This document shows, one piece after another, positions 16,901 through 25,980 of a DNA stretch of 59,778 nucleotides. A program made the position numbers and the translations under genes. Source of the DNA: a virus. Taxonomy: Duplodnaviria > Caudoviricetes. How positions within the stretch are numbered: the first letter of the stretch is position 1; each line of letters begins with the position of its first letter. The notes beneath the pieces are model-generated. The model was not told the DNA's origin. It searched no databases and was given only the letters and a program-made list of their open reading frames with translations. Location of the stretch: IMG/VR virus record IMGVR_UViG_3300021197_001267, positions 1 to 59,778 of that record; one strand, 5' to 3'.

Positions 16901-19900
16901 GCTTCATCAGCCTATTGATTAGGTCCGAAGCATTGAATTGGTCAAGGCTATACACACCAAGAATCTCAGCAATATGACTGTCTTCAAGAAGCTTCTCTAG
17001 GTTGAAGGCAATCTGCGGCAGCAAAGCATCTCTTATGATTGCATCCTTAGACTGCTCCTCCAGGAGCGCTTTGTTCTCAGCGAGTTGCTCCAGCACATAC
17101 TCTACGTCAGCAGGGTTAGCGGGGTCAAGAGACAGCTCAGGGTTGTCTTCGATGAAGCTAAGGATAGCTCTCCTGGTGGCGCTAACTTTGCGAAGCTTTG
17201 CCGCCTTAACAAGTGCTTCGTATTCGTTCTCAAAAGAAGTTCCGTTCTTCTCGGCAGCCGCCTTAGCCTTAGCCACCATCACCGCGTTACGTCCTATCTC
17301 TTCGAGGGCTATGAACTTATCGGCAAGAGACATGAGGGCTTCGACTGACCTCCTCGCAGGCACCTGAGCCACTACCCTCTCTTCCTCTTTACTGAATACT
17401 GTCTTCACCTTTGACACAGAACTCACGGCGGAGTTGAGTGTGTTGATGAAGTCCTGTATATCCGTGGGCGACAGCAGAGATGCGTTGATTCCAGACAGTC
17501 TCCTTAGTACCCTGTCGTAGGAAGCAACAGACTTAAGCGCCTCTCCCTTCTTGCGCTTCTTGGCTGCACCTCTTAGTCTCTTTTGGAGCTTGCGTGCCGC
17601 ACTAATAGAAGCCAAGTAGTTTCTCATGGCTTCTTTGGCATCCTGCTTATCGAAGATATCAATCAGCTTCTCAACAAACGTATCCATAACCTCGGCCTCC
17701 CCCTCCTTCTGAATCCTCTTGGCAGAAGACTTGTGTGCTTGCCTAACAATCTTAAGGAGTCTCTGAATGTCCTTGTTGCCAAAGGGCTGCTGACCCCTGC
17801 CCTTCATCCTTTCATCCACAAGCTTGATAGCAAAGGACAAGAACTCCTCTACGGTTTTAGACTTGTTCTTAAGCTGGTCGAGTTCTTTCTTAAGAGCCTT
17901 GGCCTCTGTGCTAAGCTCTCTGTTTCTTTTACCGAGGGTCTCCTGAGCCTCCCTGCTTGCCATCTTTTTTCCTGCAGTTCGCCCCTCCTTGTAAGCCTTG
18001 GCATTGGCATACATCGCCTCTGCGTTTTCTTTGCTCATGCCACTTGCAATAAGTAGCTCCATCACCTCCTTCTTTTTTCTGTTCCATAGCTCGCTTTTAG
18101 AGGGCGTAATAATAAGCTTTCCACGCTTAGTCACACGCGCTCCTGGAGTAGGAGTTGAAGGGTCAACCATGTCGGCTATGAGCTTCATCAAGTTACCCTG
18201 AGCCTTACCTCTATTGATAATTGACTCAGACTTGTCCATCGCCAAAACGTCTCTAGTGATAGTGTCAATAGGGACGGGTGTCTTAACAGTCATCCTACCC
18301 CACGTAGCCTGACCCATCCCCCCCATCATTTCAAAGGCGTTAGGAGTTATGAGTTTGCGCTCCCCCTTGCTGTTGGTGTACATGTCACCTATCTCTAGAC
18401 CACGGTTTACTGGGTTGGTACCCCTGGTAACAAGCGTGCCAGGAGCAGAGCGCATAGCCTTAAAGACAATAGTCTTTGGTGTCGGAGCGTTGGGGTCTAC
18501 ATTGACTAGCTTAAGTGGGTATGAGGCTGTTGGGTTGGGGTCTTTCTCAAGCCTAACCTCAGATGAAACCTCGATAGCACCATATATATTATTAACCTCC
18601 CCCCCCTGAAGAATCTTCTCTTGAAAGAAGTCATAGAAAAAGTTCTTAAGAGTAGAACCAAATTGACTTGCCTTAGGTCTAAACCCAAAGATTCTTTCGT
18701 AGGATTCTATGAGTCTTTTCTTTTCTGCAGCACTGTCCTTGGACTTTACAGCTACTGCCTTCCCCAGGTTTGTTGCAAACTTATCTACAAACTCACGTCT
18801 CTGCTCGAACGTAGACCTATATGGGGATGCGAACTCTACGAAGAAACGCTCGAACAAATCCTCCATTTTGCCAGCCATAGAGCTGAGCTTATTTGTCCCC
18901 TTCTTGAGTGGGTTTGGCTCCTTGCCATCCTTTACCCTAGCCTCGTTTCTTTTTATCTGAGTAGTAATAGACAGTCTCTCAGTCTCGGCGACAGTATCCT
19001 TGAGCACCTTCTTGAGCTCCGTCTTGGTCAGTACATTCTGATTGACAAGCTCAAAGCCAAGGGAAGCCATAGACATCACACCATTGGTGGAGCTTTTGTG
19101 CTTCTCCCTTCCCCCGCTGATGAGTAGGAGGTAGGCCTTGCCGTCGGGTGAAGTCTTGAGCAGTTCATTAAGTTCATTGGCCATGTTGTTACCAGCGCTC
19201 TCGCCAGCCACAGCCCACACGTCACCTGTATTGGCAGAATAGAACAGCCCGCCTCCATTATTCACCAGCACTCTGTCGTCAACAGACACCGAGCCAACCA
19301 TCATGTTGTCTGGTGAGTGCGAGAGGACAGGTCTTCCCTCCAATATAGACATATCTTCTTGACGGACCACCCCCGACTTGAGCCAGTCCTCCATCTGTGT
19401 GGTGCTTGCTGCGTAGTTCAGGTCAAAGATTCCAATCTTCTGTGGCTTAACCAAAGACACTGGGTCTCCAACAAGAGCGCCTGGGCGCTGGAACTTAATC
19501 TTCTGTCCACTCACCCTACTCTTAGCCTCAAAGCGAGGGTCAGACGCAGAGACTTTAACAGCATCCTTGGCGAGCACAAGCGCTCCCACTTGAATAATCT
19601 CAGAGGCCTCAGCTAGTGGTCGGCCATCACGCTTGTCATAGAACCAGCTGTGGCGGAACGGATTCATCCCCACCTGTACCCATCCCTCCATCTTGCCCAG
19701 CTCCTTGTAGTCAGAGTTGTACTCGCTACCCTTCATGATGTCGACAGCACGCTGTCTCACCTGCTCGGGTGACTCGTTCTTGAAGTCACCAAACATTCTC
19801 GCAATAGTCTGCTTGCCCTTACCCCTTGCAATGTTGAGGGCGGCCATTGGCGTGGAGTCAAAGGTCGCGTTCGTAATCACCGCTGTCTGTCCATACCCTA

Positions 19901-22900
19901 CAGCCTTGCCGCCAAGGAACGGTGCCCTTGCTTCAGCTCTCTTGCCTTGGTGCACTGAGACAACCCACGTGTCGTAGGTGTCGTATGCTGGGATGTCTAG
20001 TCTCAACCCAACGTAGTACCCGTCAGCAATCTCTTTGTTAACTCCAATGATACCCTTGGCTACCTTGTCAGAGGTTAGCGCCGATGCCACGTCCATTACT
20101 GTTGGGACCTCAGGCACTTCTTCAAAAGGCTTGATAGGCATGTTCTCCCGAACAGCTGACACATAATCCTCTTGAGTAATTTCTCCGAGCTCGTACTTAT
20201 TAAGGACATTGAGCACTACAGAGTTACGTGTTTGTCTTTGAGACTCGGGCAACTTCATCTCCGCTCTACGTTCCTCCATCTGCTGAGCATTGATACCTGC
20301 AGCCTGCTCAAAAGAAACCTCTGCGTTTTCTGATAGCGAGAGGTCGGGCAGGGCTTGAGCCTTAGGCTTTCTTGCTCTTGCTGCCGTGGCATCGTATGCC
20401 ACCATGTAGTCATCAAACCTTTGACCCTCTCCTTTGGCGCCTTCACCTTTGACAAAGAACACTACATCTGGCTCGTCGAGCAACGGTGAGTTCTCTGCAT
20501 CCCAACCATCTGGTGCAAACTCCCTGTTAAATGCTGTGCGTGCATAGGGTTTGTACCCCAACCCAATGTAGATATCCTCTAGCTTGGTGGCAAAAGCATC
20601 GAAGAAAATCTCAACACCGTTCTCTGCAGCCCATGCTTCCATGCGCTTGAACAAAGGTTTTGTAATCCGCTTAAATCTTGTGTCTGGATTCTTGAAGATG
20701 CCACCTACGTAACCGTCCTTGGTGATGTATCCACCAGCACCGTAGTCTGCTGTCATGAAGATTTCCCCTCCGTCGTCGATGATTTGTTGTACATCGGATT
20801 CTGAAAGCTGAGTCACTTGCAAACCAATGTTAATGCCACGCTCCTCCATCATCTTCATCGCTCGGTCCATAGACCTGGCAAAATAGTTTACCCCCTGAGG
20901 GTCAGAGGCCGTGATGATGTCTCTGTCTGCTGCGTCTGCTGTTGGTCTGATAGGCTCTGACTTCTGCCTTGTCGCCTCTCCGCTATACTCACCCTCGTGC
21001 ACGTAAGTTTCCTCATACGTCCACCCTCTCTCCCGCTCCATGAACTTGATGAAGTTGTTGAGGTGACGCTCGTTCTTGAATACCCTCTTCACTGGGTGCT
21101 TGGCCTTACCACTAAGGCTTACGCTGAACACGACGGTTGCAAATATCTCCCCGCCCTCTGCCTCCATAGCCTGCGCCTTGGCTTCGTCGAAGCCATCCTC
21201 TGCTTCGTCATCCATCATAACTCCAGCACGCATAGCAATGCCTGCATAGTTGGCTCGGATAACAGCTTCGTTCAGCTTTCTCTGTCCCTCAAGCCTACGA
21301 CCTTCAGAGAACTCTTGAGTCATCTGTTGGATGGCGGACACGACGTTGTCAATCTTTGCGTCAGGAATACCCTTGACTCCAATGCGTCCTAGGTGTGGGG
21401 CGAGGAACTCCATGAACTGCCTGACCACACTCTTCTGGATGTCGATAGATACGTTGCCTGCGGTGATGTCAGCAAGAAGTTCTGTAAGGAACTCGTCAGC
21501 AACCTGCACCTTGTCCTGTTCTGTCAGAGATTTGTCATCAAGTGAGGACGTGAGGTTGCCTCGGCCGTCTCCGTAACTTGTTAAGAACTGTGAATACCTC
21601 TTAGCCAGGTTGTCAGGCAGAGCCTGGAACAACTTCTTCGCCAACCCAACAGCAGCCTTGGTCCCGATGGTCTGCAGCACGAAGTCATGATACCCCTCGT
21701 GATATGCTGTTGTCTCAAGCAAGCCTGGCAAGAACATCTTAATCTGACCCGACCCAGTCCACATCCCACGTCCCGCAGCCTCGATAGCCTCCTCCCTCGT
21801 GAGGCCAGCATCCTGCATGAGGTCTTCGATGTAAGTATCGTAGTCTCGATACATGTCAACAGCCACGTCACCCAAAGAGGACAAGCCCTTGACTACGTTA
21901 ACAGCGTTTTGCATGCCCCTCACGATGCGTTCGCCAGTAGTTACTGCCTTGGTCTTACCCTCTCCATCCACAACGGTGTGGGGTGAGACATCGTACTTGG
22001 TCAATCCTTGAATGATTTGAGCAATAGGACCTAGGTTGTCTGCCGTTACAGTAACCTTGCCCCTTCCCTCTGCAAACAGTCCGCCATAGTTGCGTCTCTT
22101 CTTGCCAGCTTTCCGTCCCTCTCTAGCCAAGATGCGGGACTCAAGCTTACCGTCTGTCTGAAGCATAGAGTCCATCTCTCCCTCAATGTTACCGCGCTCG
22201 GCCATAAGCTCCCGAACCTCCTTGGTAATCTTTCGTCTTGTATCAGAGTCCGCACGCGTGTACTGTTCTGCAAGAACCTCCGCTCTATTGTGGATATCCA
22301 CGAGTCTTTGGTAAGTCTCTGGCTTAGTCTCTGCCAGATACTCCATAACCTGTTGTCTTCTATCCGACAGCTTGGTGTAGGCATCGACAGCGTCAATAAT
22401 CCTGCGGCCAATCGTGGCTCTTTCTCTTTTAGATTCTGCCTGAGAGAATTGACCCTTAAGCTCTTCAATCTTAGCCATGGTTCTGATTAACCCAAGACTT
22501 TTGCTCGCAACGGTCCTGGCCACTGTACCTGCAGGTGAAAGCGTCCCACCCATAGCAATACCTGCCAGCGCTCCTTCTTTTGTCTGAGCCCAGAAGTCAT
22601 CATACTTCCACTCTACCGCCTCGCCACCAGCACGCATGGCGTTAATTCTAGATGTGTACTGCCACCCTGCAGTAACCCCCTCAGTAATCCCCTCTTCAAC
22701 AGCGCCAAGGCCAGCGCCCATAAGAAGGCCTGTTGTCCAGCTCTTTAAGGTTTGCTCACCAGCATCGGTCATTAAAGACTTGATGATGGCACCTCCAACA
22801 CTTTTACCAGCAAAAATCTGTGCTCCCACTGCGGCAGGAAGACCTTCTGCGATACCGCTACTCGTTACAAACCCAAGCTTCTGTGCGTCATTTAAGTTTT

Positions 22901-24182
22901 GAAACCATTCGGTGTCTCTGTTCTCCGAGTAGACTGAAGCACCACCGAGTATAGATGTGACAGAACCTACGGCTCGGGGGTTGCCTCTTGATACAGCACC
23001 TGTAACCATAGCGGCGCCCATTAGGGGAAGGGATGCACCAAGCATGCCTAGGCCGTCACTCATGAATCCTGGAATGTCAAGGTCAAGGAGCTTTTCCTCA
23101 AGGCCTTTGCTGGAAACAGCCATATCCTTACCAATATCCCTGATGCTCTGCTGCCGTGCAGCCTGGTCTTCATCATTGCCGCCAAGAGCGTTCTCTACTG
23201 GAGTTGCAATACCATCCCACATCCTCAATGTTGCCTGCCTAAATCCAGGGGCGAAAACATCTGTTACTCCAAGCCATCCCTGACCCGACTCGTTGACGTA
23301 ACCCTCCCCCGTTAGGTCCGTAGAGATATCATAATTTCTGTATAGATTCTGCTCGATAGACCTACGCTCATCAAGAGAAAGGTCCCTACCCATTTGTGAT
23401 TTGAACTTAGCGCTTGCGGTAGGCTCAATCTGTTGGTTGATGTAGGAGAAAGCTTCGTTTCCAGCCCGCTCCTTTTCCATCCTTACAACCTCGTCTTTGA
23501 ATTGACGGGCTTGACCCTCATAATCTAGGCTCTCGTCTACCTCAAAGTTGGGCGCAAAAAATCCTCTGTCTCTTCCAGAATACAAACGACCAGCGTCAAA
23601 TCCCTTAAGTGATTCGTAATCGTTTTGAGGAGTATCATTAAATCCTTTTGATAGCTCAATGTAACCCTCGTTTACGTCGTCATTCATCAAAGAGCCAATA
23701 CCATCAATGACAGATTGGCGCTCTAACTCTAGCTGTTCTGAGGAAAGACTATCTAGTCTAGATGCGTCAGCCTGCATACCGCTAGACTGATAGTACTTAG
23801 ACAGGTCAAAGTTTTGATTGATGTAATCCATCCGTTCAGACTCGTAAGCCTGCCCGTAATTGTACACCAACTGCGCATCAGCCCCAGGGATTTGCTGTCC
23901 CCCGAAGTCATACGTCTGGTATGGGTCAAATGTTACTGGCGTAGAAGCCGAAGCTCCACTGTCGTCCTCGTCCTGCTGAGCTGGAGTCGCCAACCCTGAA
24001 GAAGAATCCGTAAAATCCACCTCCGAAACTGGCTCCAAGGCTGAAGTTTCGTCTTTTTTTTTTGGGTCCTCGACTGGCTGTGCCGCTTGGTACCCATCAA
24101 TCATTGCTTGCAGCTCGGCTTTTGAGGCGCCAGCCTCTGCAGCCGCGTAGTAGCGTGCAAGGAACTGCTCTTTTGTCTCCAT
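13938..24182 (-). CDS. giant (3414 aa) internal virion/ejection polyvalent protein with zincin (HExxH) and GNAT-like domains
   Basis: After two other ejection-type genes; Gly/Ala-rich hydrophobic segment; AYHEGYH then ADEFLTE; FDAF...Y...GY..YAR..FN.EFAP.GWD...PDVVF; long helical C-terminus. Confidence 0.8.
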   Translation of the reverse strand: METKEQFLARYYAAAEAGASKAELQAMIDGYQAAQPVEDPKKKDETSALEPVSEVDFTDSSSGLATPAQQDEDDSGASASTPVTFDPYQTYDFGGQQIPGADAQLVYNYGQAYESERMDYINQNFDLSKYYQSSGMQADASRLDSLSSEQLELERQSVIDGIGSLMNDDVNEGYIELSKGFNDTPQNDYESLKGFDAGRLYSGRDRGFFAPNFEVDESLDYEGQARQFKDEVVRMEKERAGNEAFSYINQQIEPTASAKFKSQMGRDLSLDERRSIEQNLYRNYDISTDLTGEGYVNESGQGWLGVTDVFAPGFRQATLRMWDGIATPVENALGGNDEDQAARQQSIRDIGKDMAVSSKGLEEKLLDLDIPGFMSDGLGMLGASLPLMGAAMVTGAVSRGNPRAVGSVTSILGGASVYSENRDTEWFQNLNDAQKLGFVTSSGIAEGLPAAVGAQIFAGKSVGGAIIKSLMTDAGEQTLKSWTTGLLMGAGLGAVEEGITEGVTAGWQYTSRINAMRAGGEAVEWKYDDFWAQTKEGALAGIAMGGTLSPAGTVARTVASKSLGLIRTMAKIEELKGQFSQAESKRERATIGRRIIDAVDAYTKLSDRRQQVMEYLAETKPETYQRLVDIHNRAEVLAEQYTRADSDTRRKITKEVRELMAERGNIEGEMDSMLQTDGKLESRILAREGRKAGKKRRNYGGLFAEGRGKVTVTADNLGPIAQIIQGLTKYDVSPHTVVDGEGKTKAVTTGERIVRGMQNAVNVVKGLSSLGDVAVDMYRDYDTYIEDLMQDAGLTREEAIEAAGRGMWTGSGQIKMFLPGLLETTAYHEGYHDFVLQTIGTKAAVGLAKKLFQALPDNLAKRYSQFLTSYGDGRGNLTSSLDDKSLTEQDKVQVADEFLTELLADITAGNVSIDIQKSVVRQFMEFLAPHLGRIGVKGIPDAKIDNVVSAIQQMTQEFSEGRRLEGQRKLNEAVIRANYAGIAMRAGVMMDDEAEDGFDEAKAQAMEAEGGEIFATVVFSVSLSGKAKHPVKRVFKNERHLNNFIKFMERERGWTYEETYVHEGEYSGEATRQKSEPIRPTADAADRDIITASDPQGVNYFARSMDRAMKMMEERGINIGLQVTQLSESDVQQIIDDGGEIFMTADYGAGGYITKDGYVGGIFKNPDTRFKRITKPLFKRMEAWAAENGVEIFFDAFATKLEDIYIGLGYKPYARTAFNREFAPDGWDAENSPLLDEPDVVFFVKGEGAKGEGQRFDDYMVAYDATAARARKPKAQALPDLSLSENAEVSFEQAAGINAQQMEERRAEMKLPESQRQTRNSVVLNVLNKYELGEITQEDYVSAVRENMPIKPFEEVPEVPTVMDVASALTSDKVAKGIIGVNKEIADGYYVGLRLDIPAYDTYDTWVVSVHQGKRAEARAPFLGGKAVGYGQTAVITNATFDSTPMAALNIARGKGKQTIARMFGDFKNESPEQVRQRAVDIMKGSEYNSDYKELGKMEGWVQVGMNPFRHSWFYDKRDGRPLAEASEIIQVGALVLAKDAVKVSASDPRFEAKSRVSGQKIKFQRPGALVGDPVSLVKPQKIGIFDLNYAASTTQMEDWLKSGVVRQEDMSILEGRPVLSHSPDNMMVGSVSVDDRVLVNNGGGLFYSANTGDVWAVAGESAGNNMANELNELLKTSPDGKAYLLLISGGREKHKSSTNGVMSMASLGFELVNQNVLTKTELKKVLKDTVAETERLSITTQIKRNEARVKDGKEPNPLKKGTNKLSSMAGKMEDLFERFFVEFASPYRSTFEQRREFVDKFATNLGKAVAVKSKDSAAEKKRLIESYERIFGFRPKASQFGSTLKNFFYDFFQEKILQGGEVNNIYGAIEVSSEVRLEKDPNPTASYPLKLVNVDPNAPTPKTIVFKAMRSAPGTLVTRGTNPVNRGLEIGDMYTNSKGERKLITPNAFEMMGGMGQATWGRMTVKTPVPIDTITRDVLAMDKSESIINRGKAQGNLMKLIADMVDPSTPTPGARVTKRGKLIITPSKSELWNRKKKEVMELLIASGMSKENAEAMYANAKAYKEGRTAGKKMASREAQETLGKRNRELSTEAKALKKELDQLKNKSKTVEEFLSFAIKLVDERMKGRGQQPFGNKDIQRLLKIVRQAHKSSAKRIQKEGEAEVMDTFVEKLIDIFDKQDAKEAMRNYLASISAARKLQKRLRGAAKKRKKGEALKSVASYDRVLRRLSGINASLLSPTDIQDFINTLNSAVSSVSKVKTVFSKEEERVVAQVPARRSVEALMSLADKFIALEEIGRNAVMVAKAKAAAEKNGTSFENEYEALVKAAKLRKVSATRRAILSFIEDNPELSLDPANPADVEYVLEQLAENKALLEEQSKDAIIRDALLPQIAFNLEKLLEDSHIAEILGVYSLDQFNASDLINRLMKLDKIHLANLEFKLDDYLMNDSVMGLGYLAARVRGRIELAKGIEEQLTNKGVSAGSRPILSLLDTADSFLRLVFKTDNKTISKIRRLIGFADMERAFAKADMIHAMTAEAITEEIDRIEGEGGSVKTVLDNAIMQLFSMARQMPVLEEGAPGQNEAEWYLALRDATRRSIDHYREQREIYSDKDLAEMEAAFEYLFSEKNLPDLLAKVQTERPDLVQMVDFMAGVHSTLEDSFANYVERYLGKNLTRENNYTPFSVKVKVKNEAVDEGLQMRQAIMDSMRSSSLSNAKKTAGSSFERNPKSITGTGNILGLNFTSINERTLRENTILSNTVGEVMSLQSVFSSEELAKLIPDDGTKNQLHTKLMNYITQDSASAPPVFQARFTYGGKTFRNPIKTIKNAVIVKAFGGVLTQTLKQSTVLISTMANTKNPVQSIPYMIQTVGELFAFALRNGLLTDSKLALEANGRYKLLQNSPVFSRDYEAGNIDPYTGSIDTETSWFVRTRDKLQDLSLQNLKSTDKVAAVASWFTFYGDYLLSEGLADSFDDINWDEQAARPDLDALSYADSMVTKDQAASTPRQAADIYKDTSGAMGPLVDFVRNIVLPFARFAVNKKRSIYSDFNKLDLRGRRDDSKTRREGAIAMAGHLAELSAFHAIGKVLIPAIASLFVEDDEEESKYKDSKLLDIVGSVLADMNPLPPIGYLEDVVKEMTNKYMLFPLSEGMDGVPGFLEGESYDERYERWKNTSATIPTYNSNPELSASGLLKVGMGPYGEFVTDAGNTLKNLMEDGNKVYSSTGREYFVRPEDKEQMDMFFAMKFMLAMGQMSGFSSKEIDILARRMDDLPRERSLRSEEELAGYEMISKAMLSNNQELMQVLGEDTGVEGFQRILQEQLNYSPYDAEKAASKFKKGAKDAAIEISLRKMDGYSTHIRDIRSIFMNAGDAKDYFSIINKRKNAMSADEFKEFKNLADIYMAGMRSGTLEESMYYNLTE

Positions 24183-24187
24183 AGAGA

Positions 24188-24195
24188 CAAAGATA
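24188..24195 (-). promoter_or_regulatory. Bacteroidota -7 promoter element TATCTTTG
   Basis: Exact TAnnTTTG, 5 nt upstream of the ATG at 24182. Confidence 0.6.
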
Positions 24196-24202
24196 AGGAT
24201 TA

Positions 24203-25978
24203 TTACTGCAGGCCCTCTGGCAGCATCTCAGCTGCTTGCTGCCTTGCTTGGAGCTGAGTCAACACGTCCTGGTCTATGCCAGTTTGATTCAACCCAGCCT
24301 CGTACAATCCCTGACTGTGGCCAAGAATCTTAGCTGGTACAAATCGCAGCCTCTCTGCAATCTTGGCGTCGTTCACAACGGATTGACTAATTGACCTAAA
24401 CGCTGGGTCTTGCGCGGAAATTGTTTTGTCCCTAAATCTTGCAAAGAAGGCCCTTACTCTAGCCTCATCATCTTCTGTGTTTGCACTCTCAAGGGCCGCT
24501 GTAACCACGTCATTAGGAACCATAGTTCTGTATCCAACAACATCACCGCCAGCATCGTACAGGATGTCAGTCACATTGACTCTTCCCGAACCATCTGGGA
24601 TGTCAACCCTTACGTTTTCCCTCGGTGGCAAAGAGACGGAGTAACCCCCCTCTCTTTCACTTACAGCATACGTAGCTCCAAGAGCCTCGTTCACGGAAGC
24701 CTCCTGCTCAGCCTCAGCTTCGGCCTGTGCATTGGCCCTGTTCTGATTGAGTCTTGCAATAGTATCACGCTGGTCAACAGGCTCCATACGTCCCGCGATA
24801 CCCTGAGCCATCGACTCATAGTACCCCCCAACAGCTGTGCGCCACTGCTTCATGGCTCTCTTCTGCTCACTGTTCATTGTAGGGATGGCATCAATCTGAC
24901 CTTCCGAAACATTAAAAACAAACTCACCGTTTTCATTGAGTCTGCCTGAAGAGATTGACTCCCTGTTGATGGCTGTATTTACCAACCGCTGGTCGTAGGT
25001 TGAAAGCGCTGCCTGCTGGTCAGCCTCCGTCATGTAATCCTTGCCTGGATTGTCTCTCTTCCACTGCTCAAAAGCCATCTGACGATACATCTGAGGGTTG
25101 GTCCTAACCCTGTCTGAGATAGCGTCTGTAATGTCCCCGTATAGAGGCTCAGACTCCAGCTCTCCAAGCCCCAGTCCTTCGCTATTCAACTTTGTGTAAG
25201 CCTTTTTCTTGGCGTTAAACGTCTCGTCAAACAAAGTCTTACTGAAAGTGGGTGAAGAGAACGCTGTTTCCTCTGCCTTGATAGAGGGAACGTACACGTC
25301 ATCTAGGCTGCCCCATCTCGTACTTCTCCAGTCAGTGAGACCTGCAGGAGAAACCTCCATAGGCATACCGTTCTCATCTACCCCCTGTCTTGCGGGCGTA
25401 ACGACACTAAGCTTTCCGTCCTCACCCATAACCCACTCAGGAGCCTGGCTGTAATCATCCCACTGCTGCTCCGCAAGAGCCACACCACCTGCCAGATTCT
25501 TAATCTTGCCCCCTCTAACATTAGTAATTGTTTGAGAGTTCATGGCAAACTTAGCAGTAGAGATGTTCTTTAGCTGTTCGTACTGAGCCTTGGACTGCTG
25601 AAATGACTGCAGGTTTTCCGATGTAGGTTCAAGCTTGTGCTGAGTAGATGCACGTTGAAATTCGTCAAGAGCCATCTGTAGACCCTCTACGGCCCACCCC
25701 CCGACACCCGTGGGTGCAGCTTCAGAAGCGTTCTTGGTGTAGCCATACAGCTGTTCGTTGTACCTGTCCTCCGAACGCTGGTCCATTGAGGCTTGACGCT
25801 CGTCCTGCCTTGCCTGACGCTCTTCTGACCTAGCGTACCTAGCCTGCTGCTCGCTGTATCTCTGCTGCTCTCGGGCCCTATCTGCAGCCTGCCTTCTCTG
25901 CTGCACGATGCGGTCAACATCACCCTGGATTTGCTGTCCAATTTCTCTTGCGTAGTCTGACGCGAACTTATACTCCAT
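24203..25978 (-). CDS. putative internal virion (ejection) protein
   Basis: 591 aa, Q/R/E-rich helical N-terminus, located between pilot-like and giant genes. Confidence 0.65.
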   Translation of the reverse strand: MEYKFASDYAREIGQQIQGDVDRIVQQRRQAADRAREQQRYSEQQARYARSEERQARQDERQASMDQRSEDRYNEQLYGYTKNASEAAPTGVGGWAVEGLQMALDEFQRASTQHKLEPTSENLQSFQQSKAQYEQLKNISTAKFAMNSQTITNVRGGKIKNLAGGVALAEQQWDDYSQAPEWVMGEDGKLSVVTPARQGVDENGMPMEVSPAGLTDWRSTRWGSLDDVYVPSIKAEETAFSSPTFSKTLFDETFNAKKKAYTKLNSEGLGLGELESEPLYGDITDAISDRVRTNPQMYRQMAFEQWKRDNPGKDYMTEADQQAALSTYDQRLVNTAINRESISSGRLNENGEFVFNVSEGQIDAIPTMNSEQKRAMKQWRTAVGGYYESMAQGIAGRMEPVDQRDTIARLNQNRANAQAEAEAEQEASVNEALGATYAVSEREGGYSVSLPPRENVRVDIPDGSGRVNVTDILYDAGGDVVGYRTMVPNDVVTAALESANTEDDEARVRAFFARFRDKTISAQDPAFRSISQSVVNDAKIAERLRFVPAKILGHSQGLYEAGLNQTGIDQDVLTQLQARQQAAEMLPEGLQ

Positions 25979-25980
25979 GG

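Noticed and set aside
13938-24182. Giant protein as a virion RNA polymerase (crAss-like or N4-like)
   Set aside because: I found no DxDxD-type catalytic loop or single-subunit polymerase motifs; the recognisable motifs are zincin and GNAT-like. A profile search would be needed to exclude it fully.
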